In this document: piece by piece, positions 48,101-61,452 of the stretch
Layout of the letters: each line of letters starts with the position of its first letter
Position numbering within the stretch: position 1 is the first letter of the stretch
Source: Squalus acanthias
Taxonomy: Eukaryota
NCBI GenBank assembly: GCA_030390025.1
Contig: JASTWF010000349.1
Coordinates: 186,001-250,000 of the forward strand
DNA: 64,000 nucleotides
Direction: 5' to 3'
The notes under the pieces: generated by a model
Told to the model about the DNA's origin: nothing
The model's database searches: none
Seen by the model: only the letters and a program-made list of their open reading frames with translations
Made by a program: the position numbers and the translations under genes

Positions 48101-48225
48101 CTGTGAAAACAAAGTGCAGATTAGACTGGCGGATTTTATTAGAATTTAATTCTCGTCAATACACACACGGAAAGTGAACAGGAAGCTCGACTAAAATCAG
48201 CTCCTGGGTTGAAAGAGATAAAGAT

Positions 48226-48685
48226 GGAGCGAGACACACACAGAGCGAGAGAGAGCGAGACACACACAGAGCGAGAGAGAGCGAGACACACACAGAGCGA
48301 GAGAGAGCGAGACACAGACAGAGCGAGAGAGAGCGAGACACAGACAGAGCGAGAGAGAGCGAGACACACACAGAGCGAGAGAGAGCGAGACACACACAGA
48401 GCGAGAGAGAGCGAGACACAGACAGAGCGAGAGAGAGCGAGACACACACAGAGCGAGAGAGAGCGAGACACAGACAGAGCGAGAGAGAGCGAGACACACA
48501 CAGAGCGAGAGAGAGCGAGACACAGACAGAGCGAGAGAGAGCGAGACACAGACAGAGCGAGAGAGAGCGAGACACAGACAGAGCGAGAGAGAGCGAGACA
48601 CAGACAGAGCGAGAGAGAGCGAGACGCACACAGAGCGAGAGAGAGCGAGAGACACACACACACACACACAGTGAGAGAGACACAT
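48226..48685. repeat. Compound (GA)/(CA) microsatellite with a ~24-26-bp period
   Basis: Direct reading. Confidence 0.95.
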
Positions 48686-48696
48686 ATAGATACATA

Positions 48697-49461
48697 GGCC
48701 TAGAAATTCGGGTGGCTGGCTTGCCGCGGGGGTAAGGATCGCGCGCGATCTTACCTACCGCGCCTGCCGTTGTGTTTCGGGCCCACAGGAACTTCGGGTC
48801 CTGGGCCTCTCCCTGGTGCCAGCGCGCAGTGTGTGCGTGTCCCAGAGGCGCAGTTAGTGCGATGCAACTCCTGGGATCACGTGGGCCATGGAGAGCCAAT
48901 GGCAGCAGACCATCTTTCATTCATAGATTTGACAGGAGACCTGTCAAATCTATGAATACAAATCACCCCCAAAAGAACAGCTAAACCTCAAATAAATTTT
49001 TTTTAAAAACCATCATATTAATAAAATAACTATAGTTAAATAAATTAACCACTTTAAACAAAAATTTAAATTTTTGAAAAAATTTAAATTCTTTTTAAAA
49101 GTTATAAAAATAAACTTACCTTTCTTTAAAGTCTCTAAAAAAGATAAACCTGTTGAAAAAAATTTAAAATTATACTTAATTAACTACTTACCTTGTTCAA
49201 AAGGGGTCTTACGCCTCCTTTCTTCATGTGTAAAATCTTCCATACTTACCCCCGCGTTGAAACCTGAAAAAAAACCTAAGTGTGCTGCGTGCGCACAGCC
49301 TGTAGTGCGCACGCGGTTCACCTAGGAACCGCCCCCTTCGCCATACCGGAAGTGCCGGTTTCCCACGCATGCGCAGTGCATGCAGGAAACCGGCACTTCA
49401 GGACCGAATACGGATGAGTACGCAGCGGGTACTCTCCCGTATTCGGCCGAATTTTGGGGCC
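48697..49461. mobile_element. MITE-like non-autonomous DNA transposon (possibly PIF/Harbinger)
   Basis: Imperfect TIRs GGCCTAGAAATTCGG / CCGAATTTTGGGGCC; ATA on both flanks; internal perfect hairpins; inserted in a microsatellite. Confidence 0.55.
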
Positions 49462-49560
49462 ATAGAGTGAGAAACAGAGACACACACACAGAATGATAGA
49501 GACACAGAGTGAGAGAGACATACACACACACATACACAGAGCGGGCGAGAGAGATATTGA

Positions 49561-51695
49561 CAATAGTATTTTGGAAGATGAGATTAAAAGGTATGACAGC
49601 AGATAAGCAATAGCAAACCTTTAAAGAAATATTTCATAATTCTCAAATAATATACATTCCATTGAGAAATATAAATTCCTGGAAAAAGTAATCCATCCGT
49701 GGCTAACTAAAGAAGTTAAGGATAGTATTAGATTAAAAGAGGCTTTTAATGTTGCCAAGAGTAGTAAGCCTGAGGATTGAGAGAGCTTTAGAAACCAGCA
49801 AAGGATGACTAAAAAATTGATAGAGGGAGAAAATAGATATGAGAGTAAACTAACAAGAAATATGTAAACAGATTGTAAGAGCTTCTACAAGTATGTAAAA
49901 AGGAAGAGAGTAGCTAAAGTAAACATAGGCCCCTTAGAGGCTGAGACAGGAGAAATTATAATGGGAAATAAGGAAATGTCAGAGACGTTAAACAAATATT
50001 TTGTATCTGTTTTCACAGTAGAAGACACAAAAAAAATACCAGAAATAGTGGGGAGCCAATGGTCTAATGAGAATGAGGAACTTAAAGTAATTATAGTATA
50101 TTAATATTAGTAAAGAAAAAGTACTGAAGAAATTAATGAGACTAAAAGTCAACAAATCCCTTGGACCTGTTGGCCTACATCCTAGGGTTCTAAAAGAGGT
50201 GGCTGCAGAAATAGTGGATGCATTGCCTGTGATCTTTCAAAATTCTCTAGATTCTGGAACAGTCCCAGTTGATTGCAAGGTAGCAAATGTAATACTGCTA
50301 TTCAAGAAAGGAGGGAGAGAGAAAACAGGGAATTACAGTCCAGTTAGCCTGACATCAGTTGTTGGGAAAATGCAGGAATCTATTATTAAGGAAGTGGAAC
50401 AGGGCATTTAGAAAATCAGAATATGATTAGGCAGAGTCAACATTGTTTTATGAAAGGGAAATTACGTTGGACAAATCTATTACGAGTTTTTAAGGATGTA
50501 ACTGGCAGGGTAAATAAAGGGGAACCAGTGGATGTAGTATATTTGGATTTTCAAAAGGCATTTGATAAGGTGCCACACGAAAGGTTGTTGCACAAGATAA
50601 GGGCTCATGGGGTTGGGGGTAAAATATTAGCATGGATAGAGGATTGGTTAAAGGACAGAAAACAGAGAGTAAGAATAAAGGGTAATTTTCAGGGTGGCAG
50701 GCTGTTACTAGTGGGGTGCTGCAAGGATCAGTGCTGGGGCCTCAGCTATTTACAATCTATATTAATGACTTAGATGAAGGGGCCAAGTGTAATGTATCCA
50801 AGTTTGTGGACGATACAAAGCTAGGTGGAAATGTTGTGAGGAGGACATAAAGAGTCCACAGGGGATATAGACAGGTTAAGTGAGTGGGCAAAAACATGGT
50901 AGATAGAGTATAATGTGGGGAAATGTGAAGTTATTCACTTTGGTAGGAAGAATAGGAAAACAGAGTATTTTTTATGTGGTGAGAAACTATTAAATGTTGG
51001 TGTTCAGAGGGATTTGGGTGTCCTTGTACACAAAACACAGAAAGTTAGCAAGCAATTAGGAAGGCAAATGGCATGTTAGCCTTTATTGCAAGGGGGTTGG
51101 AGTACAAGAGTAAGGAAGTGGCTTTGGTGAGACCACACCTGGAGTACTGTGCATAGTTTTGGTCTCCGTACCTAAGGAAGGATATACTTGCCTTAGAGGG
51201 AGTGCAACAAAGGTTCACTAGATTGATTCCTGGGATTAGAGGACTGTCCTATGATGAGAGATCAAGTAGATTGGGCCTATACTCTCTGGAGTTTAGAAGA
51301 ATGAGAGGTGATCTCATTGAAATATACAAGATTCTGAGAGGGCTTGACAGGGTAGATGCTGAGAGGCTCTTTCCCCTGGCTGGAGAGTCTAGAACCAGGG
51401 GGCATAGTCTCAGGAGAAGGGGTCGGCCATTTAAGACTGAGATGAGGAGGAAATTCTTCACTCAGAGGGTTGTGAATCTTTGGAATTCTCTGTGGATGTG
51501 GATGGTCAGTCATTGAGTATATCCTCGGCTAGGCTGAGATTGATAGATTTTTGGACTCAAAGGGAATCAAGGGATATGGGAATCGGGTGGGAAAGTGGAG
51601 TTGAGGTCGAAGATCAGCCATGATCTTATTGAATGGCGGAGCAGGCTCGAGGGGCCGTATGGCCGACTCCTGCTCCTATTTCTTATGTTCTTATG
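49561..51695 (+). mobile_element. Degenerate CR1 LINE
   Basis: Frameshifted RT motifs ([29 protein letters not shown]) and CR1 3' UTR and tail. Confidence 0.9.
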
Positions 51696-52852
51696 ACACA
51701 TAGAGTGAGAGAGAGAGACATACATACAGAGACACACACACACACACACAGTAAAGGGGACACTGTGGAGGAGAGAGATACATATACACAGTGAAGGGGA
51801 GACACACACACACGAGTGAGGGGGAGAGAGAGACATACACAGATTGAGAGAGACACAGTGCGAGTGAGAGAGACATACACAGAAACACACACACAGAGAC
51901 AGACAGAGAGAGAGAGACAGACACAGAGACACACAGTGAGTAAGAGAGAGACACACAGACAGACAGACAGTGAGAGAGAGAGAGAGATGGGGGGAATTTT
52001 AACTCAAAACAGGTGGGTTGGGGTCGGGTGGGAAGTTAAAGTGTTAAAAGTCTGAATCCCGACCCCACCCCTCCCAGGAGGCAGGTCGCCCATTTAAATA
52101 TTATAATGAGGCTAGCACGCCTCAGATTTAACCTGCATTTGAAATTTAACTGTAGCTGGTCAGATTTTGCAGGCCTCGTGAAAACCGCCAGCTAAAGTAA
52201 GGCGAGGACGCTGGATCCAGGAGGTAAGTGCCTTTACACTTATTGCCTGGATCCAGCATTCCTACCTAATGCACCTGCCCCGCGATTGGAGACCTCCCCC
52301 ACAAGGCCTCTGACCCCTCACCAGGCCTCCGATTCCCCCCCATGCTCCTCCGGCACCCCCAATCATGCTGCTCCTGGCCTCCCATGCTGCTTGTGGACCC
52401 TGATCATCAGCCGCCCGGTGTCCCTGTAGATAGAGCAAGGGTGCAGAGGTGCTCAAGGCCTTCCGCGACCAGTGGGCACCACAGGGACTGGAGTGCTTCA
52501 TCATCCCCAGAAACCAAATTTTAATTTAATTTGTTCAGTTTCATTTGATGTATTTTTGTTAAGTTACAGTTTTTGTTGATCGCACCAAAAACAGCATCAG
52601 CCGCTCCTGGCTCCCCCATGCTGCTCCCGGGCCCACCGATGATCACCCCCAGCCCCCACATGATCCTCCAACCCTCAGATGATCACCCCCAGCCCCCCCA
52701 CTCCTCTGGCCCTCTGATGATCACCCCTCCCCCCGCCATCCCCCACCCCGTCAGCGGTTCCTCCCTCCCTCCTGTCTGTGGCCTCGTGCCTTTCAATCTG
52801 GCTGGCTGCGAATGGGAAACAGAGGTTTCCAATGCAAATTCAGCAAGGCCGG

Positions 52853-54186
52853 CATAGAGTCATAGAGTTATACAGCACAGAAAGAGGCCCTTCGGCCCAT
52901 CGTGTCTGCGCCGGCCATCAAGCCCTGTCTATTCTAATCCCATTTTCCAGCACTTGGTCCGTAGCCTTGTACGCTATGGCGTTTCAAGTGCTCATCTAAA
53001 TGCTTCTTGAATGTTGTGAGGGTTCCTGCCTCTACCACCCTTTCAGGCAGTGAGTTCCAGACTCCAACCACCCTCTGGGTGAAAAAGTTTTTCCTCAAAT
53101 CCCCTCTAAACCTCCTGCCCCTTACCTTGAAACTATGCCCCCTGGTTATTGACCCCTCTACTAAGGGGAAAAGTTCCTTTCTATCTACCCTATCTATGCC
53201 CCTCATAATTTTGTACACCTCAATCAGGTCCCCCCTCAGCCTTCTCTGCTCTAAGGAAAACAGCCCCAGCCTGTCCAATCTCTCTTCATAGTTGAAACGC
53301 TCCAGCCCAGGTAACATCCTGGTGAATCTCCTCTGCACCCTCTCCAATGCAATCACATCCTTCCTATAGTGTGGTGACCAGAACTGCACACAGTATTCCA
53401 GCTGTGGCCTAACTAGCGTTTTGTACAGCTCCATCATAACCTCCCTGCTCTTATATTCTATGCCTCGGCTAATGAAGGCAAGTATCCCATATGCCTTCTT
53501 AACCACCTTATCTACCTGTCCTGCTGCCTTCAGGGATCTATGTACATGCACACCAAGGTCCCTCTGATCCTCTGTCCTTCCTAGGGTCCTACCATTCATT
53601 GTGTATTCCCTTGCCTTGTTAGTCCTCCCAAAATGCATCACCTCACACTTTTCAGGGTTAAATTCCATTTGCCACTGTTCTGCCCATCTGACCAACCCGT
53701 GTATATCGTCCTGTAGCCTGAGGCTTCCCTCCTCACTATTTACCACTCCACCAATTTTTGTGTCATCTGCGAACTTACTGATCATACCTCCTACATTCAT
53801 ATCTAAATCATTAATGTACACTACAAACAGCAAGGGACCCAGCACCGATCCCTGCGATACACCACTGGACACAGGCTTCCAGTCACAAAAACAACCTTCG
53901 ACCATCACCCTCTGCCTCCTGCCACTAAGCCAATTTTGGATCCAATGTGCCAAATTGCCCTGGATCCCATGGGCTCTTGCCTTCTTGACCAGTCTCCCAT
54001 GCGGGACTTTGTCAAAAGCCTTACTGAAGTCCATGTAGACTACATCAACTGCACCACCCTCATCCACACACCTAGTCACCCCCTCGAAAAATTCAATCAA
54101 ATTGGTCAGACATGATCTCCCCCTGACAAAGCCATGCTGACTATCCTTGATTAATCCTTGCCTCTCCAAGTGGAGACTAATTCTGA
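52853..54186 (-). mobile_element. CR1 3' fragment of the same young subfamily as 4590-7760
   Basis: Open RT frame nearly identical in translation to the C-terminal part of ORF 5785-7677. Confidence 0.95.
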
Positions 54187-54227
54187 GAAAGAGAGAGAGA
54201 CAGAGAGACACACAGAGTAAAACTGAG

Positions 54228-54290
<63 letters not shown>

Positions 54291-54349
54291 GACAGAGAGA
54301 CACAGACACACACCCAGTGAGAGAGAGACACACACACCCATGTGATTAA

Positions 54350-54735
54350 AGCGGCAGTGGCTGCAGAGAAGGTGAAGGGGTGATTTGATTGAGGTGTTCA
54401 AAATCTTGAATGGTTTTTGTAGAGTAAATAAGGAGAAAGTATTTCCAGTGGCAGAAGGGTCGGTAACCAGAGGACGCAGATTTAAGGTAATTGGCAAAAG
54501 AACCGGAGGGGAGATGAGGAAAGATTTGTTTACACAGCGAGTTGTGATCTGGAATGCGCTGCCTGAAAGGGCGGTGGAGGCAGATTCAATAATAACTTTC
54601 AAAAGGGAATTGGATAAATACTTGAAGGGGAAACATTTGCAGAGCTATGGGGAAAGAGCAGGGGAGAGGGACTAATTGGATACCTCTTTCAAAGTGCTGG
54701 CACAGGAACGATGGGCCGAATAGATTCTATGATTC
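54350..54735 (+). mobile_element. CR1 3' fragment
   Basis: IEVFKIL...[13 protein letters not shown]. Confidence 0.8.
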
Positions 54736-55366
54736 TCAGCTGCCCTACTTCTAATCTCCCATCTTCTCATTGGGCTGCCTCTCACTTTAATAGCATCTCA
54801 CACACACAGTTTCTGCAAGGTTCAATTTCTTTCGTGCTTCTTTCTGTTGCTGGATGTAAAGATCAGCCCTCAGTCACACACTGACCTTCTGTGCCTCATG
54901 TAAGCAGCTTTCAAGTCGTTCCAGTGATATAGCTCTCGGGGGTTTTTCCCCTCTCGCTGGCCTTGGCTCTGATTCTGTTCAAATGCTTGTTCATCCTGCC
55001 GTTCACTAGTTCTGATGTTTGAAGGGCGTGGTCTCACCAAAGCCACTTCCTTACTCTCGTACTCCAACCCCCTTGCAATAAAGGCCAACGTGCCATTTGC
55101 CTTCCTAATTGCTTGCTGCACCTGTCTGAAGGGCTGGATGTTTGAAACATTCACTTCGAGCTTCTCGCCACAGATGCTGCCTGCCCTGTTGGGTTTCCAG
55201 CATTTTCTCTGCTTGTCCCCACAACTCCCTGTCCGCTTTCGTATTCCCACCTGCTCTGCTAAAAATGCTGACGCATGCTGCCAGTCATCTTTTCTCCCTT
55301 TAAATTGTTTTTGCACATCGAGCATTTTACCACTTCTTAATCATCAAGTATCAGCATCAAGCACGA

Positions 55367-56000
55367 TCTCTACACTGCCCCAGCAAACACTCCCAGGACA
55401 GGTACAGCACGGGGTTAGATAGAGTAAAGATCCCTCTACACTGCCCCATCAAACACTCCCAGGGCAAGGTATAGCACAGGTTAGATTCAGAGTAAAGCTC
55501 CCTCTACACTGTCCCATCAAACACTCCCAGGACAGGTACAGCACGGGGTTAGATACAGAGTAAAGCTCCCTCTACACTATCCCATCAAACACTCCCAGGG
55601 CAGGTACAGCATGGGGTTAGATACAGAGTAAAGCTCCCTCTACACTGTCCCATCAAACACTCCCAGGGCAGGTACAGCACGGGTTAGATACAGAGTAAAG
55701 CTCCCTCTACACTGTCCCATCAAACACTCCCAGGACAGGTACAGCACGGGTTAGATACAGAGTAAAGCTCCCTCTACACTGTCCCATCAAACACTCCCAG
55801 GGCAGGTACAGCACGGGTTAGATACAGAGTAAAGCTCCCTCTACACTGCCCCATCAAACACTCCCAGGGCAGGTACACCACGGGTTAGATAGAGTAAAGC
55901 TCCCTCTACACTGTCCCATCAAACACTCCCAGGGCAGGTACAGCACGGGTTGGATACAGAGTAAAGCTCCCTCTACACTGTCCCATCAAACACGCCCAGT
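55367..56000. repeat. 65-68-bp minisatellite (CTCTACACTGTCCCATCAAACACTCCCAGGGCAGGTACAGCACGGGTTAGATACAGAGTAAAGCTCC), about 9.5 copies
   Basis: Direct periodicity. Confidence 0.96.
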
Positions 56001-56639
56001 GCACAGGCACAACGGGCTGAATGGCCTCCTTCTGTGCTATAAGATTCTATGATTCTATAGCTCGACTGCATTTACTGGAGATTTTCGCATTTAAAAAGCA
56101 GTTTATAAAAGAAATAAGCTGCATCATTTACAAACTGCACCACTGACATACGTCCTGACTGGCACTGTCAGACGCCGGAGAGCAATAGTGCCAGAAAGCT
56201 GGCTCTCTTTCTCGATCAAAACAGCATTTAGTTCGGCAAACTGCACTTTTGAAAGTGTATTTTAAGGTTTATAAAATGAATAACAGGCTCTCAGGCAGAG
56301 GAATCAGATAGCATGAACACAATAAAATGTATTAGGCAAGCGGAAACTAATCTGGAAAGGACGGTGGGAAAAAAAATTGGCAAAGTTTATGGAGGAGAGC
56401 ACTTTCTGTTTACGCTGGAAGTCAGAGATTGGTTTCAAAACAAGGGAGGCCATTGCAGCCAGGGTGACTCAGCTAGAAGAGATAACTGAGCAGGGTGTGG
56501 CAGGGAGTCGAACATATTCTCTGCATCTTGTTGTACTGAGAGCGTTGGAACTGCCCCATGCACAGAAGGCAGGATGGAAACTCTGGCGGCTTGCCTATAG
56601 CCAGGGAAATGGTTGGGAATAAACAAAGAAGATTATGGG

Positions 56640-57840
56640 ATGAGACGTTAAACTGAGGCCCCAACTGCCCTCTCAGGTGGACATAAAAGATTCCACAGCA
56701 CTATTGTAAGAAGAGCAAGGCATTCTCCCCAGTGTCCTGGCCAATATTTATCCCTCAAGCATAGAATTAACAGCACAGAAACAGGCCATTTGGCCTAACT
56801 GGTCTATGCAGGTGTTTTTACGTTCTGCATCAGCTCCTCCCACCACTCTTCATCTCACCCGATCAGCATAACGTCTATTCCTTTCTCCCTCATGTACTCA
56901 TCTAGCTTCCCCTGAAATGTATCTATGCATTTAAATAGGAGGCATAGAGTACAAAAGTAAGGAAGTTATGCTAAACTTTTATAAAACATTAGTTCGGCCC
57001 CAGCTGGAGTATTGTGTCCAATTCTGGGCACCACACTTTAGGAAGGATGTCAAGGCCTTGAAGAGGGTGCAGAGGAGATTGACCAGAATGGTACCAGGGA
57101 TGAGGGACTTCAGTTACATGGAGAGGCTGGGGTTGTTCTCCTCAGAGAAACAGTTTCCAGTGGCAGGAGGGTCAGTAACCAGAGGACACAGATTTAAGGT
57201 AACTGGCAAAAGAACCAGAGCGGAGAGGAGGGGGAAAAAAAATATGCAGCGAGTTGTTGTGATTTGGAATGCACTGCCTGAAAGGGTGGTGGATGCAGAT
57301 TCAATCCTAACTTTCAAAAGAGAATTAGATAAATTCCCTTGAAGAGGCAAAATTTGCAGGGCTCTGGGGAAAGAGCAGGGGAGTGGGACTAATTGGAGAG
57401 CTCTTTCAAAGAGCCGGCACGGGCACCATGGGCTGAATGGCCTCCTGCGCTGTATAATTCTATGGTTCTATGCTATTCATCGCAACTACTTCTTGTGGTA
57501 GCGAGTTCCACATTCTAATCACTCTTTGGGTGAAGAAGCTTCTCCTAAATTCCTAATTGGGTTTATGAGTGACTATCTTGTATTTATGGCCCTAGTTTGG
57601 GATTCCCCACAAGCGGAAACACTTTCTCTACGCCTACCCTATCAAACCAACATCACTAAAACAGATTATCTGGTCATTATCACATTGCTGTTTGTGGGAT
57701 CTTACTGTGTGCAAATTGGCTACCAAGTTTCCTACATTACAACAGTCACTACATTTCAAAAAGTACTTCATTGGCTGTAAAGCTCTTTGGGACATCCTGA
57801 GGTTGTGAAAGGCTCTACAGAAATACAAGTTCTTTCTTTC
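56640..57840 (+). mobile_element. DeuSINE-like copy (56640-56758 and 57645-57840) split by nested CR1 fragments
   Basis: ...GGCCAATATTTATCCCTCAA | CCAACATCACTAAAACAGATTATCTGG... rejoins; CR1 ORF 56968-57342 lies between. Confidence 0.7.
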
Positions 57841-58500
57841 AGATTTCATCTCCCCCAGGATACTGAAGGAGGCGGCTGAGATTGTTGGTGATACTCTGCC
57901 TGGTAAATATTTCCAATTGATCAGCGAGAAGTGCTGGGACAGTTGGAGGAAGGAGTATTTGGGCCATTAATTAAAAAGTAGGGGTTAAAATCACAAGAGA
58001 GTAACTACAGAGCGATGGGGATTAATGGAAAGCATCATCAATAGGGATGCTGTTAACGATCACCTACAATGTGTGGACTTTAGGGCACTCCAACACAAGC
58101 ATGAGATAAACAGAGGTAATGTTCGACAAACCTCACCAAGTTTTTCGAAGAGGTCACTTGAGGAATGGATTAGGGTCGATTGGGTAGACATCATCCATTT
58201 AGGTTTCCAAAAAAACTGCTGCATGAGGGATTCTGCAAAAATCCAAGTCCCACGGTGTCAAGGCAGATAGTATGAGATGAATCACAAATTGGCCAAAGGG
58301 CCATCGGCAAAGGGCGGCTTTGGGATCCGTGCTGGGTCCCCTCCTATTTATTAATGTTGTCAAGCAGGGTGTAGACAGAACAGTTGTTAAATTCATCAAT
58401 GATTCTAAATTGCACAGTAGAGGCAAGATCTTAGAAGAAAGAAATAGATTGTAATTGGATTTGGATAAATTGGGGAAGTGGGCCCAAGATTGGCAAATGA

Positions 58501-60062
58501 CCTTGCAGTCCTACAAGGCGGTGTTGGATAGTGAGGGCTGACTCCTTGCAGTCCTACAAGGCGGTGTTGGATACCGAGCGCTCACTCCTTGCAGTCCTAC
58601 AAGGCAGTGTTGGATAGTGAGGGCTCACTCCTTGCTGTCCTACAAGGCAGTGTTGGATAGTGAGGGCTGACTCCTTGCTGTCCGACAAGGCAGTGTTGGA
58701 TAGTGAGGGCTCACTCCTTGCTGTCCTACAAGGCAGTGTTGGATAGTGAGGGCTGACTCCTTGCTGTCCTACAAGGCAGTGTTGGATAGTGAGGGCTCAC
58801 TCCTTGCAGTCCTACAAGGCAGTGTTGGATAGTGAGGGCTCACTCCTTGCTGTCCTACAAGGCGGTGTTGGATAGTGAGGGCTCACTCCTTGCAGTCCTA
58901 CAAGGCGGTGTTGGATAGTGAGGGCTCACTCCTTGCTGTCCTACAAGGCAGTGTTGGATAGTGAGGGCTCACTCCTTGCTGTCCTACAAGGCAGTGTTGG
59001 ATAGTGAGGGCTGACTCCTTGCTGTCCGACAAGGCAGTGTTGGATAGTCAGGGCTCACTCCTTGCTGTCCTACAAGGCAGTGTTGGATAGTGAGGGCTGA
59101 CTCCTTGCTGTCCTACAAGGCAGTGTTGGATAGTGAGGGCTCATTCCTTGCTGTCCTACAAGGCGGTGTTGGATAGTGAGGGCTCACTCCTTGCAGTCCT
59201 ACAAGGCAGTGTTGGATAGTGAGGGCTGACTCCTTGCAGTCCTACAAGGCAGTGTTGGATAGTGAGGGCTCACTCCTTGCAGTCCTACAAGGCGGTGTTG
59301 GATAGTGAGGGCTCACTCCTTGCTGTCCTACAAGGCGGTGTTGGATAGTGAGGGCTCACTCCTTGCAGTCCTACAAGGCAGTGTTGGATAGTGAGGGCTG
59401 ACTCCTTGCAGTCCTACAAGGCAGTGTTGGATAGTGAGGGCTGACTCCTTGCTGTCCTACAAGGCAGTGTTGGATAGTGAGGGCTGACTCCTTGCTGTCC
59501 TACAAGGCAGTGTTGGATAGTGAGGGCTCACTCCTTGCTGTCCTACAAGGCAGTGTTGGATAGTGAGGGCTGACTCCTTGCTGTCCTACAAGGCAGTGTT
59601 GGATAGTGAGGGCTGACTCCTTGCTGTCCTACAAGGCGGTGTTGGATAGTGAGGGCTGACTCCTTGCTGTCCTACAAGTCAGTGTTGGATAGTGAGGGCT
59701 CACTCCTTGCTGTCCTACAAGGCGGTGTTGGATAGTGAGGGCTCACTCCTTGCTGTCCTACAAGGCAGTGTTGGATAGTGAGGGCTCACTACTTGCAGTC
59801 CTACAAGGCGGTGTTGGATAGTGAGGGCTCACTCCTTGCTGTCCTACAAGGCGGTGTTGGATAGTGAGGGCTCACTCCTTGCTGTCCTACAAGGCGGTGT
59901 TGGATAGTGAGGGCTCACTCCTTGCAGTCCTACAAGGCAGTGTTGGATAGTGAGGGCTCACTCCTTGCTGTCCTACAAGGCAGTGTTGGATAGTGAGGGC
60001 TCTCTCCTTGTTGTCCTACAAGGCAGTGTTGGATAGTGAGGGCTCACTCCTTGCTGTCTTAC
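58501..60062. repeat. 43-bp minisatellite (GCWGTCCTACAAGGCRGTGTTGGATAGTGAGGGCTSACTCCTT), about 36 copies
   Basis: Direct periodicity. Confidence 0.98.
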
Positions 60063-61452
60063 ACTTGCAGTACTTCATCGGCTGTATAAGCGCTTTGGGA
60101 CGTCCGGTGGTCATGAAAGACGTTATACAAATGCAAGTCTTTCTTTCTTACAAGGCGGCGCATTCTAATAACCAACGTGTCTGGACCCTCCTGCTGCCTG
60201 CCTGAATCCTGAATTGACCATGGATCTTTTGGTCCTTATATTCCCCTTCTCTCCCAGGATGTAAGGAGAGCAGTGGGGATGAAGGGTGCGGACACAGGAA
60301 CGTGGCCAGTAGGAAGCGGTATGATTACACTGGATAGCCTTTTCTTGTCCTGAGTACATATCGTAGCAATCCTAAGCCTGTTGGGAGGAGGTCAAGGTCT
60401 CCTGATCTCAGCCACAGGGTCTGAGGTGCTGAATGGAGAGCACTGAGGATCGAACACCCTCCCCTAGTCCAACGTACTCAAACTCACGAGACTCAGTTCC
60501 TACCAATCTACCAGCGCTACCCACTTTCAACACAGAAACACCACCTGGTGTGAAAACTGCCCAGGGGCTTGGGGGTGGCGGGGGGGGGGGGCGGAAATCG
60601 CTGCCCGGGGGCTTTGGGGGGGGAGGGGGGGGGAGGATCGCTGCCATGGGGCTGGGGGGGGGGGGCGGGGGGGAAATACTGTCTGGCGGTTAGATCGTTT
60701 TCAGAGAATTTCCTCCTACAACTTCCTTCAGATATAAAGCTCTGGGGCTGAGTGCCCAGCTGTGAAAGGATCAGTCACCTTGGTCAGATTGGGACACTTA
60801 GGAAGGAAGTTTTAAAAACTAACGGAAGGCTTCTGGTTTCTACAGCTCGTGTTGTGTATTCCCTGCAAGAACATACGATAAGAAATAGCAGCAGTATAAG
60901 GCCATACAGCTTTTCAAGCCTGCTCTGCCATTCAATAAGATCATGGCCGATCTTTGACCTCAACTCCACCTTCCAGCCCGATCCCCATATCCCTTGAAGG
61001 AATCCAATCTGGCCAATTACCGCCCCAGCAGTCTACTCTCAATCATCAGCAAAGTGATGGAAGGTGTCGTCGACAGTGCTATTACGCGGCACTTACTCAC
61101 CAATATCCTGCTTACCAGTTCTCAGTTTGGGTTCTGCCAGAACCACTCGGCTCCAGACCTCATTACAGCCTTGGTCCAAATATGGATAAAAAGCTGAATT
61201 CTAGAGGTGAGATGGGAGTGGCTGCCCTTGACATCAAGGCAGCACTTGACCGAGTGTGGAATCAACGAGCCCTAGTAAAACTGAAGTCAATGGGAATCAC
61301 TGCACTGACATAGCACTGTCGATGACACCTTCCATCACTTTGCTGATGATTAAGAGCAGACTGATGGGGCGGTAATTGGCCGGGTTGGATTTGTCCTGCT
61401 TTTTGTGGACAGGACATACCTGGGCAGTTTTCCACATTGTTGGATAGATGCC

